Source of the DNA: an uncultured Alphaproteobacteria bacterium
Lineage (GTDB): Bacteria > Pseudomonadota > Alphaproteobacteria > Rhizobiales > Beijerinckiaceae
NCBI GenBank assembly: GCA_963787135.1
Contig: CAWBBW010000046.1
Span: forward strand, 1,532 to 65,531
Length of the DNA stretch: 64,000 nt
Reading direction: 5' to 3'
Shown: piece by piece, positions 9,349 through 17,650 of the stretch
Layout of the letters: each line of letters opens with the position of its first letter
Position numbering within the stretch: position 1 is the first letter of the stretch
Notes under the pieces: model-generated
Database searches by the model: none
What the model was told of the DNA's origin: nothing
What the model saw: the letters and a program-made list of their open reading frames with translations, nothing else
Position numbers and translations under genes: made by a program

Positions 9349-9437
9349 CACCGCCTCCGCCGACACATATGCCTAACATATTGAAATAACTGGACTACGC
9401 GTGCAAAAACAGCGACTTGCCCCAACGTTTGCCCCAA
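9349..9437 (-). repeat. Inverted internal copy of the tRNA-proximal att arm (arm sites, IHF-like site, degenerate core)
   Basis: Reverse complement aligns without gaps to 18299-18387: 24/28 identity over the arm repeats, IHF-like site at the same offset, 11/14 core match. Confidence 0.75.
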
Positions 9438-9885
9438 TCAGAAGGCGATGATCGCCTCGACATGCCGCTCCGACGCCCGCCCAGATGACCAGGGGAACGC
9501 CGCGAAGATGGTCGCCTCGATATGCTGGCCGCTCGTCACCCTCCGTGCTCGCCGGCCCTCCCCGCCGCCAGCCGCCACGCCCCGATCGCAGAAATCGCAC
9601 CCTCCCACCGGCCTTCAATCGGCAGCTATAACGACCAGCGGGAGTAAAATTGAAGGTCTGGCGCGGCCCTCGTCCTCTGCCCGCGAGCTAGACCACTTCC
9701 AAACACCCCCCTGTCAGATTTTTTCATCAGCCTCAGAAACCTTTCGTACAATGCTGTCGGAATAAAATGGCCGCTAGGCGTGTTCACAATTGGGTGCAGA
9801 GCTTCGCCCGCGCTTGGCGGCCCCTCGGCGGCCCGGATTTCGGCATTTCCATCCGGGCCGCCTTGCGCGCGTTGCGCGCTGAAAC

Positions 9886-9903
9886 TTCAGTCACAGGACT
9901 GAA
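9886..9903. promoter_or_regulatory. Palindrome, possible operator
   Basis: TTCAGTC-ACAG-GACTGAA in the non-coding region upstream of the second module. Confidence 0.35.
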
Positions 9904-10082
9904 AAGTTCGGCGGGTGAGCGTCTGCTCCTCCGCCCTCTCCGCCCCGATCCTTTTACGTGTCCCGCCGGTGCGTTGGCGGCCCCTAGCTTTGCCTGCATG
10001 TGTGCAACGCACCGACCTACGGAGCCTGCTTTTGCCTCGTTTGCGTCCCCGTCCTGAGCCGTCCGACCACCCGACGAATAGT

Positions 10083-10730
10083 ATGGGTGCGGTGGAGCTT
10101 GTGAAGCGCGCGAAATCGCGTGGTCGTGATCCGGTCGACACTGAGGGGATGATCCCGTTCACGCGGCGCTATGTGGACGGGCCCCGCGAGATTTCGCGTC
10201 GTCAGGCTGCGGCTATCCGTCTCGCCGTATGGGGCGGGTTCGTTGACGTGCTCGATCCTGTCCCGCTGGCGGACGCCTGCCAGCGCGTAGGGCTCCAAAG
10301 GCGATCGGCGAAGCGCTTGCTTCAATCCTCGGTCTTTGTCGCCGCGCTTGCGGAGGCCCAAGCCGAGCGCCTTGCCCAAGAGGCCGCCCGCGCTCCGTCC
10401 TTGCCTCTCGCGGTCAACCCCCCTGTCATCACCCCGCCGCCTGCCGGCGAGGCTCCTGAGCCCGCCCCCGCCGGCTCCGAGCGCGACCCGGCTGAGACAT
10501 TCCCGATGGTCCGGCTCCCTGCGACCGATGAGCGCCACGGCAGCCTTGCCCGCCCGCCCGCCGGCTATGTCGCGCCGGCCGCCCCCGTCGACGGCAAAAT
10601 TCTCAAGAGCGGCGTCGTCGAGTTCGATCTTCGCAAGCATCGCGAGCGCTACCCGTTCGCCGGCGACGTCGCCACCCAGCGTTCAACCATCATCCCGCGT
10701 TCCCCCCGCCGTTCACTGAGGAAGGTCTGA
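10083..10730 (+). CDS. HTH protein, terminase-small-subunit-like (paralogue of 11965-12483)
   Basis: ATG at 10083; PVPLADACQRVGLQRRSAKRLLQSSVFVAAL aligns with PMTLAQAARLLGVPLRKARELADSPIFAAEL. Confidence 0.5.
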   Translation: MGAVELVKRAKSRGRDPVDTEGMIPFTRRYVDGPREISRRQAAAIRLAVWGGFVDVLDPVPLADACQRVGLQRRSAKRLLQSSVFVAALAEAQAERLAQEAARAPSLPLAVNPPVITPPPAGEAPEPAPAGSERDPAETFPMVRLPATDERHGSLARPPAGYVAPAAPVDGKILKSGVVEFDLRKHRERYPFAGDVATQRSTIIPRSPRRSLRKV

Positions 10731-10732
10731 CA

Positions 10733-11047
10733 ATGGCAAAAGTTCTCCACACCGACGAAGCCGCCATCAACCGCGCCTCCCTCGCAAGGTGGGACGAGGT
10801 TTACGCCCTGCTCGTCGACTATCAAGGCCGTGCGCAGTGGGCGGTGGCGCACCTGAACCCCGAGGTCACCCCGCGTCGCCTGCGCCGCTTCCGCCTGCTC
10901 GATCGCCTTCAAGGCAAGTGGACCGATTTGGACGGCAACGCATCTGGCCCCGATGTCATTTCGCTCGTGGCGTTCTTGGCCGACGTCGATCGCCTGACCG
11001 CGACCGCCTTTCTCGCCGAGCTCGTCGCCGAAAGGGCCGCCGCGTGA
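10733..11047 (+). CDS. Hypothetical protein resembling the N-terminal domain of phage primases
   Basis: GKWTDLDGNASGPDVISLVAFL recalls the W-x-D...G-x-D-x-I-x-L pattern of primase-associated domains. Confidence 0.45.
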   Translation: MAKVLHTDEAAINRASLARWDEVYALLVDYQGRAQWAVAHLNPEVTPRRLRRFRLLDRLQGKWTDLDGNASGPDVISLVAFLADVDRLTATAFLAELVAERAAA

Positions 11048-11367
11048 AGCCCGCCGCGCACATGCCCGGCGACTTCGCTCACACGCCCGCCTATCTCGCC
11101 AAGAAAGTCGAGGTCCGCGCCGACGCGCAAGCGGCTTTACTTCGCCCAATCCGGTCCTACGATGAATTGCGCCGCGCCATCGACGCGCGGCGTAAGATGT
11201 TGGGCCTCACGATGCTCGAACTCGACGAAAAGTCCGGCTGTCAGCAAGGCTATTCAGCCAAGTTGATAGCAGGCGTAAAGCACTTTGGTCCCGGTTCTCT
11301 GGAATGGATAACTGGAGCCTTAGGTATAGACCTTATAATCATCGAACGCAGATCAACAGGAGACTAA
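11044..11367 (+). CDS. XRE-like helix-turn-helix protein
   Basis: GTGA overlap; RRKMLGLTMLELDEKSGCQQGYSAKL HTH pattern. Confidence 0.7.
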   Translation: MKPAAHMPGDFAHTPAYLAKKVEVRADAQAALLRPIRSYDELRRAIDARRKMLGLTMLELDEKSGCQQGYSAKLIAGVKHFGPGSLEWITGALGIDLIIIERRSTGD

Positions 11368-11369
11368 CA

Positions 11370-11543
11370 GTGAACAAGAAATCAAACGTTCCCGGCAACG
11401 AACCGACGCACGGCGGCTCCAAGCTCATCGCGGGGACCCTCCGCCTCAAAATGAAGAAGGACGACGCGAGTGTGGTTATTCCGCACGGCAAAGCCTCGAC
11501 CCAGGCGTCCGGCGCGCAGAAAGCCCGCCCCGTCAATAAGTAG
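11370..11543 (+). CDS. Small basic hypothetical protein
   Basis: GTG start with AGGAG ribosome-binding site; 57 aa. Confidence 0.5.
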   Translation: MNKKSNVPGNEPTHGGSKLIAGTLRLKMKKDDASVVIPHGKASTQASGAQKARPVNK

Positions 11544-11598
11544 CCCGGCCGGCGTCTCTGACGGGCGCCGCAACCGATAAACCGCAAGGGAACAGATC

Positions 11599-11814
11599 AT
11601 GGCAGCCGGCAGTCTCAGCGTCACCATCACCCTCCCCTCCTTGAACGGAGCGGGAGGGACCCCAGCCAACACGCTGGGCGCGTCCGCGGCGATCGCCCGC
11701 GAGTTACTTCAACAGGTCGGCCAAGCAATCCACTCGGCCCACACAGCGGCCGGGACGGTTTACTTCCCAGCCGGGACGTCCGTGGGAACGTGGACCTTCA
11801 CGGCGGCAACTTGA
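11599..11814 (+). CDS. Small Gly/Ala/Thr-rich protein, possibly structural
   Basis: 71 aa with AAGGGA ribosome-binding site; beta-rich termini. Confidence 0.6.
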   Translation: MAAGSLSVTITLPSLNGAGGTPANTLGASAAIARELLQQVGQAIHSAHTAAGTVYFPAGTSVGTWTFTAAT

Positions 11815-11815
11815 A

Positions 11816-11968
11816 ATGATCCTGAACGCCCCGGCCATCCCTTCCTATGTGCGGCTCCTGCCGCCGCCGCCGCCGCCGTTGCTGTTCGAGATCGTGCGGC
11901 CGCGCAAGACGCGAACCGGCAATCTGATCGGCATCGTGAAGGCTCCCATGACAGGGGACCGCCGGTGA
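11816..11968 (+). CDS. 50-aa proline-rich protein (not in the supplied ORF track)
   Basis: MILNAPAIPSYVRLLPPPPPPLLFEIVRPRK...; starts 2 nt after the previous stop and overlaps the next start (GTGA). Confidence 0.5.
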   Translation: MILNAPAIPSYVRLLPPPPPPLLFEIVRPRKTRTGNLIGIVKAPMTGDRR

Positions 11969-12483
11969 CAGCGCTCGACGCCAAGGCGCTCGAAATGGCC
12001 CGCCTTATGGCCGAAGGCTCGGAGTTCGACGAAACTGTTGACGGGAAGCCCGTTGCGGCGGGCTGGCCGATGACGCTGGCGCAAGCGGCTCGGCTTCTCG
12101 GCGTGCCGCTGCGCAAGGCCCGCGAGTTGGCCGATAGCCCGATCTTTGCGGCCGAATTGGACCGGCTGCTCAAGGCTCGCCGCGCGAGCGAGAAGGCGCG
12201 CAACTTGAACGTCGCGATCGAGATCAGGGACGATCGGGGCGAGGGCCTCGCGGCCGACCGCACCGTGCGGCTCAAGGCAATCTCCACGATCGAAGGCGTC
12301 GAGAACAAGGGCGTAACCGTCAACGTCAACTCGAACAACCAAACGCTGAACGTCCAGCCGGGATACATCATCCGGTTGCCAGCAAAGCGCGACGCCGCGC
12401 TCGAGGCTCCCCCCATGCGCACGATCGACCATGAGGCCGCTGACATGGTGGCCGTGTCAGCCCGTGACAGCGGGGAAATCTGA
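11965..12483 (+). CDS. Terminase-small-subunit-like protein
   Basis: HTH-like N-terminus, helical middle and C-terminal VTVNVNSNNQ strand, the general layout of TerS proteins. Confidence 0.5.
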   Translation: MTALDAKALEMARLMAEGSEFDETVDGKPVAAGWPMTLAQAARLLGVPLRKARELADSPIFAAELDRLLKARRASEKARNLNVAIEIRDDRGEGLAADRTVRLKAISTIEGVENKGVTVNVNSNNQTLNVQPGYIIRLPAKRDAALEAPPMRTIDHEAADMVAVSARDSGEI

Positions 12484-12485
12484 CA

Positions 12486-12995
12486 GTGGCTCCCGCGAAG
12501 CTTCCCACCTGCCCGCAATGCGGCAAGCGGTTCGCGCCGTGGCGCGCAAAAGCGTACTGCTCTGAGCCCTGTCGAAAGAAGGCCCAGAACGTCCGTCTTG
12601 GATACGTTAGGCGGGATGAGGCTACCCATGTAGCCGCCTCGCCAAATCCTGAAACTTTAGCCCAGCAAAACCGGGCGTCTCCGAGGACGTTTAGGCGGGA
12701 TGAGGGGTTCGAGTGGACGGCCTGCAACGAGGTCACGCGAAAACTCACGCGCGCCGGATCTCCGAACGCGGTCGGCTGGGCGATGCTCATCGATGGTCAC
12801 GGATGGTTCGGGCGCATCGGGAGGGACTTCTCATTCGGCCCGGCGACGCAGTCTCGCGCCAAGTCGGCTGTCGAGGCGCGCTTGCTGGGCGAGCCGTTCG
12901 ACAAGGTCGACGATGAGCGCTCATGGTCGGGAACGTGCTGGCGCCTGCTATCCGGGTCCGAGCCACACACTGACGCCGTCCGCGAGGCGGCCTAA
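12486..12995 (+). CDS. Zinc-finger hypothetical protein
   Basis: CPQCGKRF...YCSEPCRKKA four-cysteine motif. Confidence 0.7.
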   Translation: MAPAKLPTCPQCGKRFAPWRAKAYCSEPCRKKAQNVRLGYVRRDEATHVAASPNPETLAQQNRASPRTFRRDEGFEWTACNEVTRKLTRAGSPNAVGWAMLIDGHGWFGRIGRDFSFGPATQSRAKSAVEARLLGEPFDKVDDERSWSGTCWRLLSGSEPHTDAVREAA

Positions 12996-13015
12996 CCCAC
13001 GGAGTACCTGCCCCG

Positions 13016-13309
13016 ATGACTGACCAGCCCGACTACACGGCGACCCTTCCCGCAGAATTTGCGCATCTGAAAATCGACGAGAAAGACCCCCGCTATGTCG
13101 CCGCGAAGGAGTTCGCCCGCGCCAACAATTTCACGCAGGAAACCTTCACACAGCTTCTCGGCGTCGAGGCCCGTGGGATGTTGGCGAAGCAAGCCCCAGC
13201 GGCTCCCGCAGCGCCGCCCCGGCCGGCTGTCCCCACGAAGCCGTACAGCCAACTTTCTTTCGCGGAGAAGCTCGCGATCGGCGAGGCGCGCAAGAGCGGC
13301 GGCCGGTAG
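13016..13309 (+). CDS. Hypothetical protein, capsid-scaffold-like
   Basis: DYTATLPAEF...IDEKDP...FARANNFTQETFTQLL, Pro/Ala linker and short charged C-terminal helix. Confidence 0.45.
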   Translation: MTDQPDYTATLPAEFAHLKIDEKDPRYVAAKEFARANNFTQETFTQLLGVEARGMLAKQAPAAPAAPPRPAVPTKPYSQLSFAEKLAIGEARKSGGR

Positions 13310-13366
13310 CACCGGATCGGTGCCCGAGAGAGCCGATAAGGGCTTTCTCTTTTTTCGAAAATCAGA

Positions 13367-14215
13367 CTATGCATGGCATTCGTCGTCTATGCAGTTTCCC
13401 TCACGATGGTGAGTGGAACCGAAGTGAAGCACTCCCGGGGTTGGGGGAGAGCCTTGGGTGTTCGGGATGAAGCCATAGGGGTCGCCCGTGATGTGGATGA
13501 CCCAGCAGAATTTAGTAATATGCTTCTTAGTCCTTGGGAAAACGTCATTGTATTCGACCCATCCCCACAGATAAATGAACCGTCGGCCGTTTTGGCACTC
13601 CACGATATCTTGGGGAGAGATAAAGCGACCAAGTGGCGCAAGCCCTCCTTGGAGTTCAAATTTGGGGGGAATAGTTCCAGTGATTACGTTGGCCTCTACT
13701 GCGGTGAAATCGAACCCATCCGGAAGTCGGCTGTCGAGGATTTCGCAATTAACGTAGGTCCTCATTCCTCTTGTTGGGGTGTCTCCACTATTGCGCAGCA
13801 CGGGTCTGAACTGCCAAGCATACACACCGGTGATTTCGTCCTTGGTCCAAGTCTGGTTGAAGGTTGTAACGAAAACAAAGGCTTTCTTGTCAGCTATCAG
13901 CGCTTCCCGGGTGAGTTGAGCTTGACGACTTGTTGCCATCCACAATGTTCCGGTGAATGCGGCGATGAGGAGTGTAGCGATGGCGGTGATGGCCGCATTC
14001 TCACGACGTATGTATCTAGCGGTGCACCGGGAAGCGATGACGCGGCGGACGATGAATTGGGACAGACGTTCCGGATGCTCTGGGGCGCTTGTTTCTGCAT
14101 ATTGTTTGGCTTGGCACTCTTGAAATTTAGATGAAAATTCTCTGGCCCCAATCAATAGCGTTGTCGCCACGACAAATAGCGCAAACGCTATCAGAACTTC
14201 ATATTTGTTCAGCAT
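13367..14215 (-). CDS. Membrane-anchored hypothetical cargo protein
   Basis: ATG at 14215; two hydrophobic segments followed by a soluble domain; more AT-rich than flanks. Confidence 0.7.
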   Translation of the reverse strand: MLNKYEVLIAFALFVVATTLLIGAREFSSKFQECQAKQYAETSAPEHPERLSQFIVRRVIASRCTARYIRRENAAITAIATLLIAAFTGTLWMATSRQAQLTREALIADKKAFVFVTTFNQTWTKDEITGVYAWQFRPVLRNSGDTPTRGMRTYVNCEILDSRLPDGFDFTAVEANVITGTIPPKFELQGGLAPLGRFISPQDIVECQNGRRFIYLWGWVEYNDVFPRTKKHITKFCWVIHITGDPYGFIPNTQGSPPTPGVLHFGSTHHREGNCIDDECHA

Positions 14216-14554
14216 CCTTTGATCGCCGTCCCAAAGATATCTGCGTTCTCGCGGGTTGTTGTAGCGGAATTGGAACTCAGCGACCATCCGCCTATCGTAG
14301 GAAGCCCCTGTGGTCAGCCACTCGACCAGGGCGCGGCGGATGACACGCGCGCGATAGTCCCTCCGGGTCGCAGCCGCGTCGATCGCAGCCGTCGGGTCAG
14401 GCGGCTGCGCGTCATAGTATATCAGACAGCGCCGCTCTGGCATCCCTCGCCACCAGCCAGTCTGTCACGCTCAGCCGCTCGGACACGGCGGATCAGGATT
14501 GCGAGAGCCACAAAAATGGGCCAATCTACACCCGGTTCCGGATAAGGGGGTTCT

Positions 14555-15154
14555 ATGATGAAGCGCATTCTGGCGGGCGCGACAGCGCTTGCGTTCGTCC
14601 TCGGTGCGTCGGCGGTCGAGGCCAGCGTGGTTCCCGGCTCGATCTTCGGCGGACCAGCGACAGACTTCGAGGGGTCCGACGCCTATGGCAATGAGTGGAA
14701 TTGGGAGGTTCGGGCGATTTTGCCCGGTATGCCGGCCTTCTGGGTGGACGGGACAGAAACAGTGGGCTTCCCCTACACGGGGAGCCCCAACGCGACAGAT
14801 TTCGAGATCGTGTTCCCGGGTCTGGCCGTCGTCGGAAGCGCGATCCAAGCTGGGTCATTCTGCGCAGAAGTGAATGTCACCCCGTTCGGCGCCGACTGCG
14901 ATTATTGGAACTCCTCGATCTCGGGCGACCAAGTTACTTTCACGGCGCCGGCCGGAACGTCGCTGACTTCCGGACAGCCTTACGCCATCGAGATCGTGTT
15001 CACAAACCAATACGCCGCGGGCTCGGGCTTCCATGCGTATTTCACATCCGGCGTGCCGGAGCCGTCGACCTGGGCAATGATGGCGCTTGGCTTCGCGAGC
15101 CTCGGCTACGCGGGGTATCGCCGGGCAAAGGGGAACGCCGCCCTCGTAGCCTGA
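14555..15154 (+). CDS. PEP-CTERM sorting-domain surface protein
   Basis: Signal peptide plus C-terminal VPEPSTWAMMALGFASLGYAGYRR. Confidence 0.9.
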   Translation: MMKRILAGATALAFVLGASAVEASVVPGSIFGGPATDFEGSDAYGNEWNWEVRAILPGMPAFWVDGTETVGFPYTGSPNATDFEIVFPGLAVVGSAIQAGSFCAEVNVTPFGADCDYWNSSISGDQVTFTAPAGTSLTSGQPYAIEIVFTNQYAAGSGFHAYFTSGVPEPSTWAMMALGFASLGYAGYRRAKGNAALVA

Positions 15155-15180
15155 CAGCGCGACTAGCCCGAACGACGTGA

Positions 15181-15213
15181 AGCCCGTCGTCATAGCGGCG
15201 GGGTTTTTCTTTT
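15181..15213 (+). terminator. Rho-independent terminator
   Basis: CCCGTCGT-CATA-GCGGCGGG stem-loop followed by GTTTTTCTTTT. Confidence 0.7.
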
Positions 15214-15246
15214 GCCCCGCGCCCAAGGCCGCGATGTGTGGGCGTT

Positions 15247-15498
15247 CTAATGGAGCGGGAAAAGCCAAGCGAGAACCGTGACGACGACGGCGATGATGGC
15301 CGCGATAGCGGCGATCCAAGCGGCCATTTGTGTGTTGGCTTGGGCAGCTTTGTTGCGCAAGCGCTCTGCGTCGTCCAGTTCAGCCAACCACTGAGCGGCG
15401 GCGGGGACGAGATTTGACGGCAAGTTGCCCGGGTAGAGAATGCGAACCTTCCCGGCCCCTATCTCCTCTAGACGCCGCCGTGCTTCTTCTGGGTCCAT
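15247..15498 (-). CDS. Small protein with C-terminal transmembrane helix
   Basis: 83 aa; WIAAIAAIIAVVVTVLAWLF. Confidence 0.6.
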   Translation of the reverse strand: MDPEEARRRLEEIGAGKVRILYPGNLPSNLVPAAAQWLAELDDAERLRNKAAQANTQMAAWIAAIAAIIAVVVTVLAWLFPLH

Positions 15499-15557
15499 CG
15501 TGTCCCTCTCAGCCCACCCACCGGGACCATATGCTCATCGTCGCTGCGGTGCAGGGA

Positions 15558-16028
15558 TCATTGATAAGACGGGCTCGTGCAGTGCCAAACAGCCCCGTCG
15601 TGGTCGGAAACGCCATAAGGGGCCCCCGTCACCGAGGGAAGGTATAATTGCCCAAGGCGGGCATCAGAATAATCGCCCGAATACTCGGTCTTAGACCATC
15701 GTATCATGCCAACCTCCACTTCAATACCGGGGTTGCCGAACTGATCAGTGCTTTGCTGTTGGTCTACGTAGTAACTCAAAATCTTGTGCGCGACGGGAGC
15801 GCTACCGGGAATTTCAATTGTCACTGTTCCAGCATCAACATCTACGCTTTCCCTGTCGATCACGCGGGTTGTTCGGTTCTCACATTCAACTGAAAAGCTA
15901 TCAGCGGCCTTTAGGGTATTAGTTCGCTGCTGCCGTGGACTGTCGTATCGGAAGAATTTTGCCTGAGCGGCGCTCGAAAGCAATTGGAGCAACGCGAAAG
16001 CCACTAGCAGTTTCATTATTCCTGTCAT
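15558..16028 (-). CDS. Secreted hypothetical protein
   Basis: Signal peptide MKLLVAFALLQLLSSAAQA; AT-richer cargo. Confidence 0.65.
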   Translation of the reverse strand: MTGIMKLLVAFALLQLLSSAAQAKFFRYDSPRQQRTNTLKAADSFSVECENRTTRVIDRESVDVDAGTVTIEIPGSAPVAHKILSYYVDQQQSTDQFGNPGIEVEVGMIRWSKTEYSGDYSDARLGQLYLPSVTGAPYGVSDHDGAVWHCTSPSYQ

Positions 16029-16139
16029 TGTCTCAAAGCCTTCAGGACACCTGTCGCGCCGGCAAAGGGCTAATCTTATATCACGAAAAGCGCGCGTGCG
16101 AAACTCTCGGGTTAGCCCACCAAACGCCGCCACCACGGC

Positions 16140-16360
16140 CTAGCGCGCTCTGGCCGTCTCGATCTCGACGAGCCGCAGGATCGCGTCGCTGTAGCTCTCG
16201 CCGGGGCACGCATGGTCGCGAGCCGATCGACCATCGCATCCTCAAGCCAAATCCAGCGTTCGCCCTTCGTGTCGACCTCTGGCTCGAAGCCCACCGAACC
16301 AAGCGGGAGCGTGGCGGAGATCGCATCGAACGCGGCGGTCGTGATCGAGATGCGGATCAT
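16140..16360 (-). pseudogene. Small protein with C-terminal ribbon-helix-helix-like segment, 1-bp deletion
   Basis: Adding one base near 16207 converts MRAPARAT into MRGPGESYSDAILRLVEIE, ending at TAG 16140. Confidence 0.55.
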
Positions 16361-16389
16361 GGAGCGCTGAAATAGGAACCGCTCAAGGC

Positions 16390-17049
16390 TCACCGTTCCA
16401 ACTTTATCGCGGCGTCGATGATCGGATTGAGATGCCGGAGAGCGTTTTCGGCAAGCTCCCGCATAAGCCTCAACTGGCCCTCAATGTTATCGTAAAAGAT
16501 CGCCATTTCCCCCTTGCGGAACTCTTTCCTTGCGTACTGTACCGCTTTCTGGTCGAGGAAAGCGTCGAAGTACCTCGTGTGGAAGTCGAGTTGAGCAACA
16601 TCTCCCGACCCCGCATACAGGTAGTGCAAATCAGACAGCACGCTTTTGATGTCGGCAACTACGTAGAGCTTCAATTGCTCGGTAAGGTCCCGGTTTGGCG
16701 GTGGCATCGTCGGTTGGTTGTGCTTACGCAGGTGGTCGAACAGTTCCGACGTTGCCTGAACCCGTGCCTTAACCTCGGCCAGCCAGCCCGATAGCCTCAA
16801 AGCGACAACCTCCGCGCGGTTGGCCCGATCGCGCTCTCTCTGCTCGTCTGCCTTTCGTTCCGATTTCTGCGCGGCTTCGATTTCGCGGTCAGCTGATCTG
16901 ATCGTCACCCCGATTGTTCCCAGCGCCGCCAGCACCGCGAGGACACCCGCAATTAGGGTCTGCCAGTCATAGAGAAACTGATCCACTCTCGAGTGCCCTA
17001 TCCAGACCTCCATCGGCATGGCTAGCCACTCCCCAGCGGCGGCCACCAC
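16390..17049 (-). CDS. Membrane-anchored hypothetical cargo protein
   Basis: 219-aa ORF; WQTLIAGVLAVLAALGTIGV transmembrane segment; start uncertain. Confidence 0.65.
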   Translation of the reverse strand: MVAAAGEWLAMPMEVWIGHSRVDQFLYDWQTLIAGVLAVLAALGTIGVTIRSADREIEAAQKSERKADEQRERDRANRAEVVALRLSGWLAEVKARVQATSELFDHLRKHNQPTMPPPNRDLTEQLKLYVVADIKSVLSDLHYLYAGSGDVAQLDFHTRYFDAFLDQKAVQYARKEFRKGEMAIFYDNIEGQLRLMRELAENALRHLNPIIDAAIKLER

Positions 17050-17108
17050 GGCACCTTGGCTGTTTCCGCGGGGCGCTTCTCGCCTTTAGGTCCGGTGGGC
17101 ATAGCACG

Positions 17109-17342
17109 CTAATCCTTGCAGTCGGCCGACGTGACACGAACCAGCGGCTGCGAGCCTTTTCGATCGACTTCTCCTTGGTCATACTTCCGCGATGCAGCAT
17201 CCCAAATTGCAGCCCACCCACAATCCCGAATTGCTTCGTGTGACGCGGACACTGTCACGCGCTCATCTCCGGTACCCGTAGCGAGGACGTTCTGTCCGGT
17301 TAGATTATCCAAAGGCTCTTGCCCTGCGTTGTTTAACGGCAT
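17109..17342 (-). CDS. Small hypothetical protein
   Basis: ATG at 17342; 77 aa of natural-looking composition. Confidence 0.45.
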   Translation of the reverse strand: MPLNNAGQEPLDNLTGQNVLATGTGDERVTVSASHEAIRDCGWAAIWDAASRKYDQGEVDRKGSQPLVRVTSADCKD

Positions 17343-17650
17343 TGTCCAAAGCCTCCTGCTTCCCGGTAAGCATACCACGGGACGTCCGGGCGCCGCGAGG
17401 CGCGTGAGCCGGTCTGGCGATCTTCGCCAATGCACAAGAAAAAAGCGCGCGGGGATGTTTGGGATGGAAAATCGCGTGGGAGCAAGGCGGCCCAGACGCG
17501 GGTGTGTCTGGACCGCCAAGGGGCACTCGACCCACGGATTGGCTGTTCGCTAACCCGCCGTGGGGCCCGGCCCGCCTTATGCTTAATTCGCCAACAAAAG
17601 TTCTGTCATGAAAAATCGCGCGTGAAAGTGTGAGGGAGGGATGTTAGAAA

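Noticed and set aside
13373-14134. 253-aa plus-strand ORF
   Set aside because: Antisense shadow of 13367-14215, which has the more protein-like architecture; not fully excluded.
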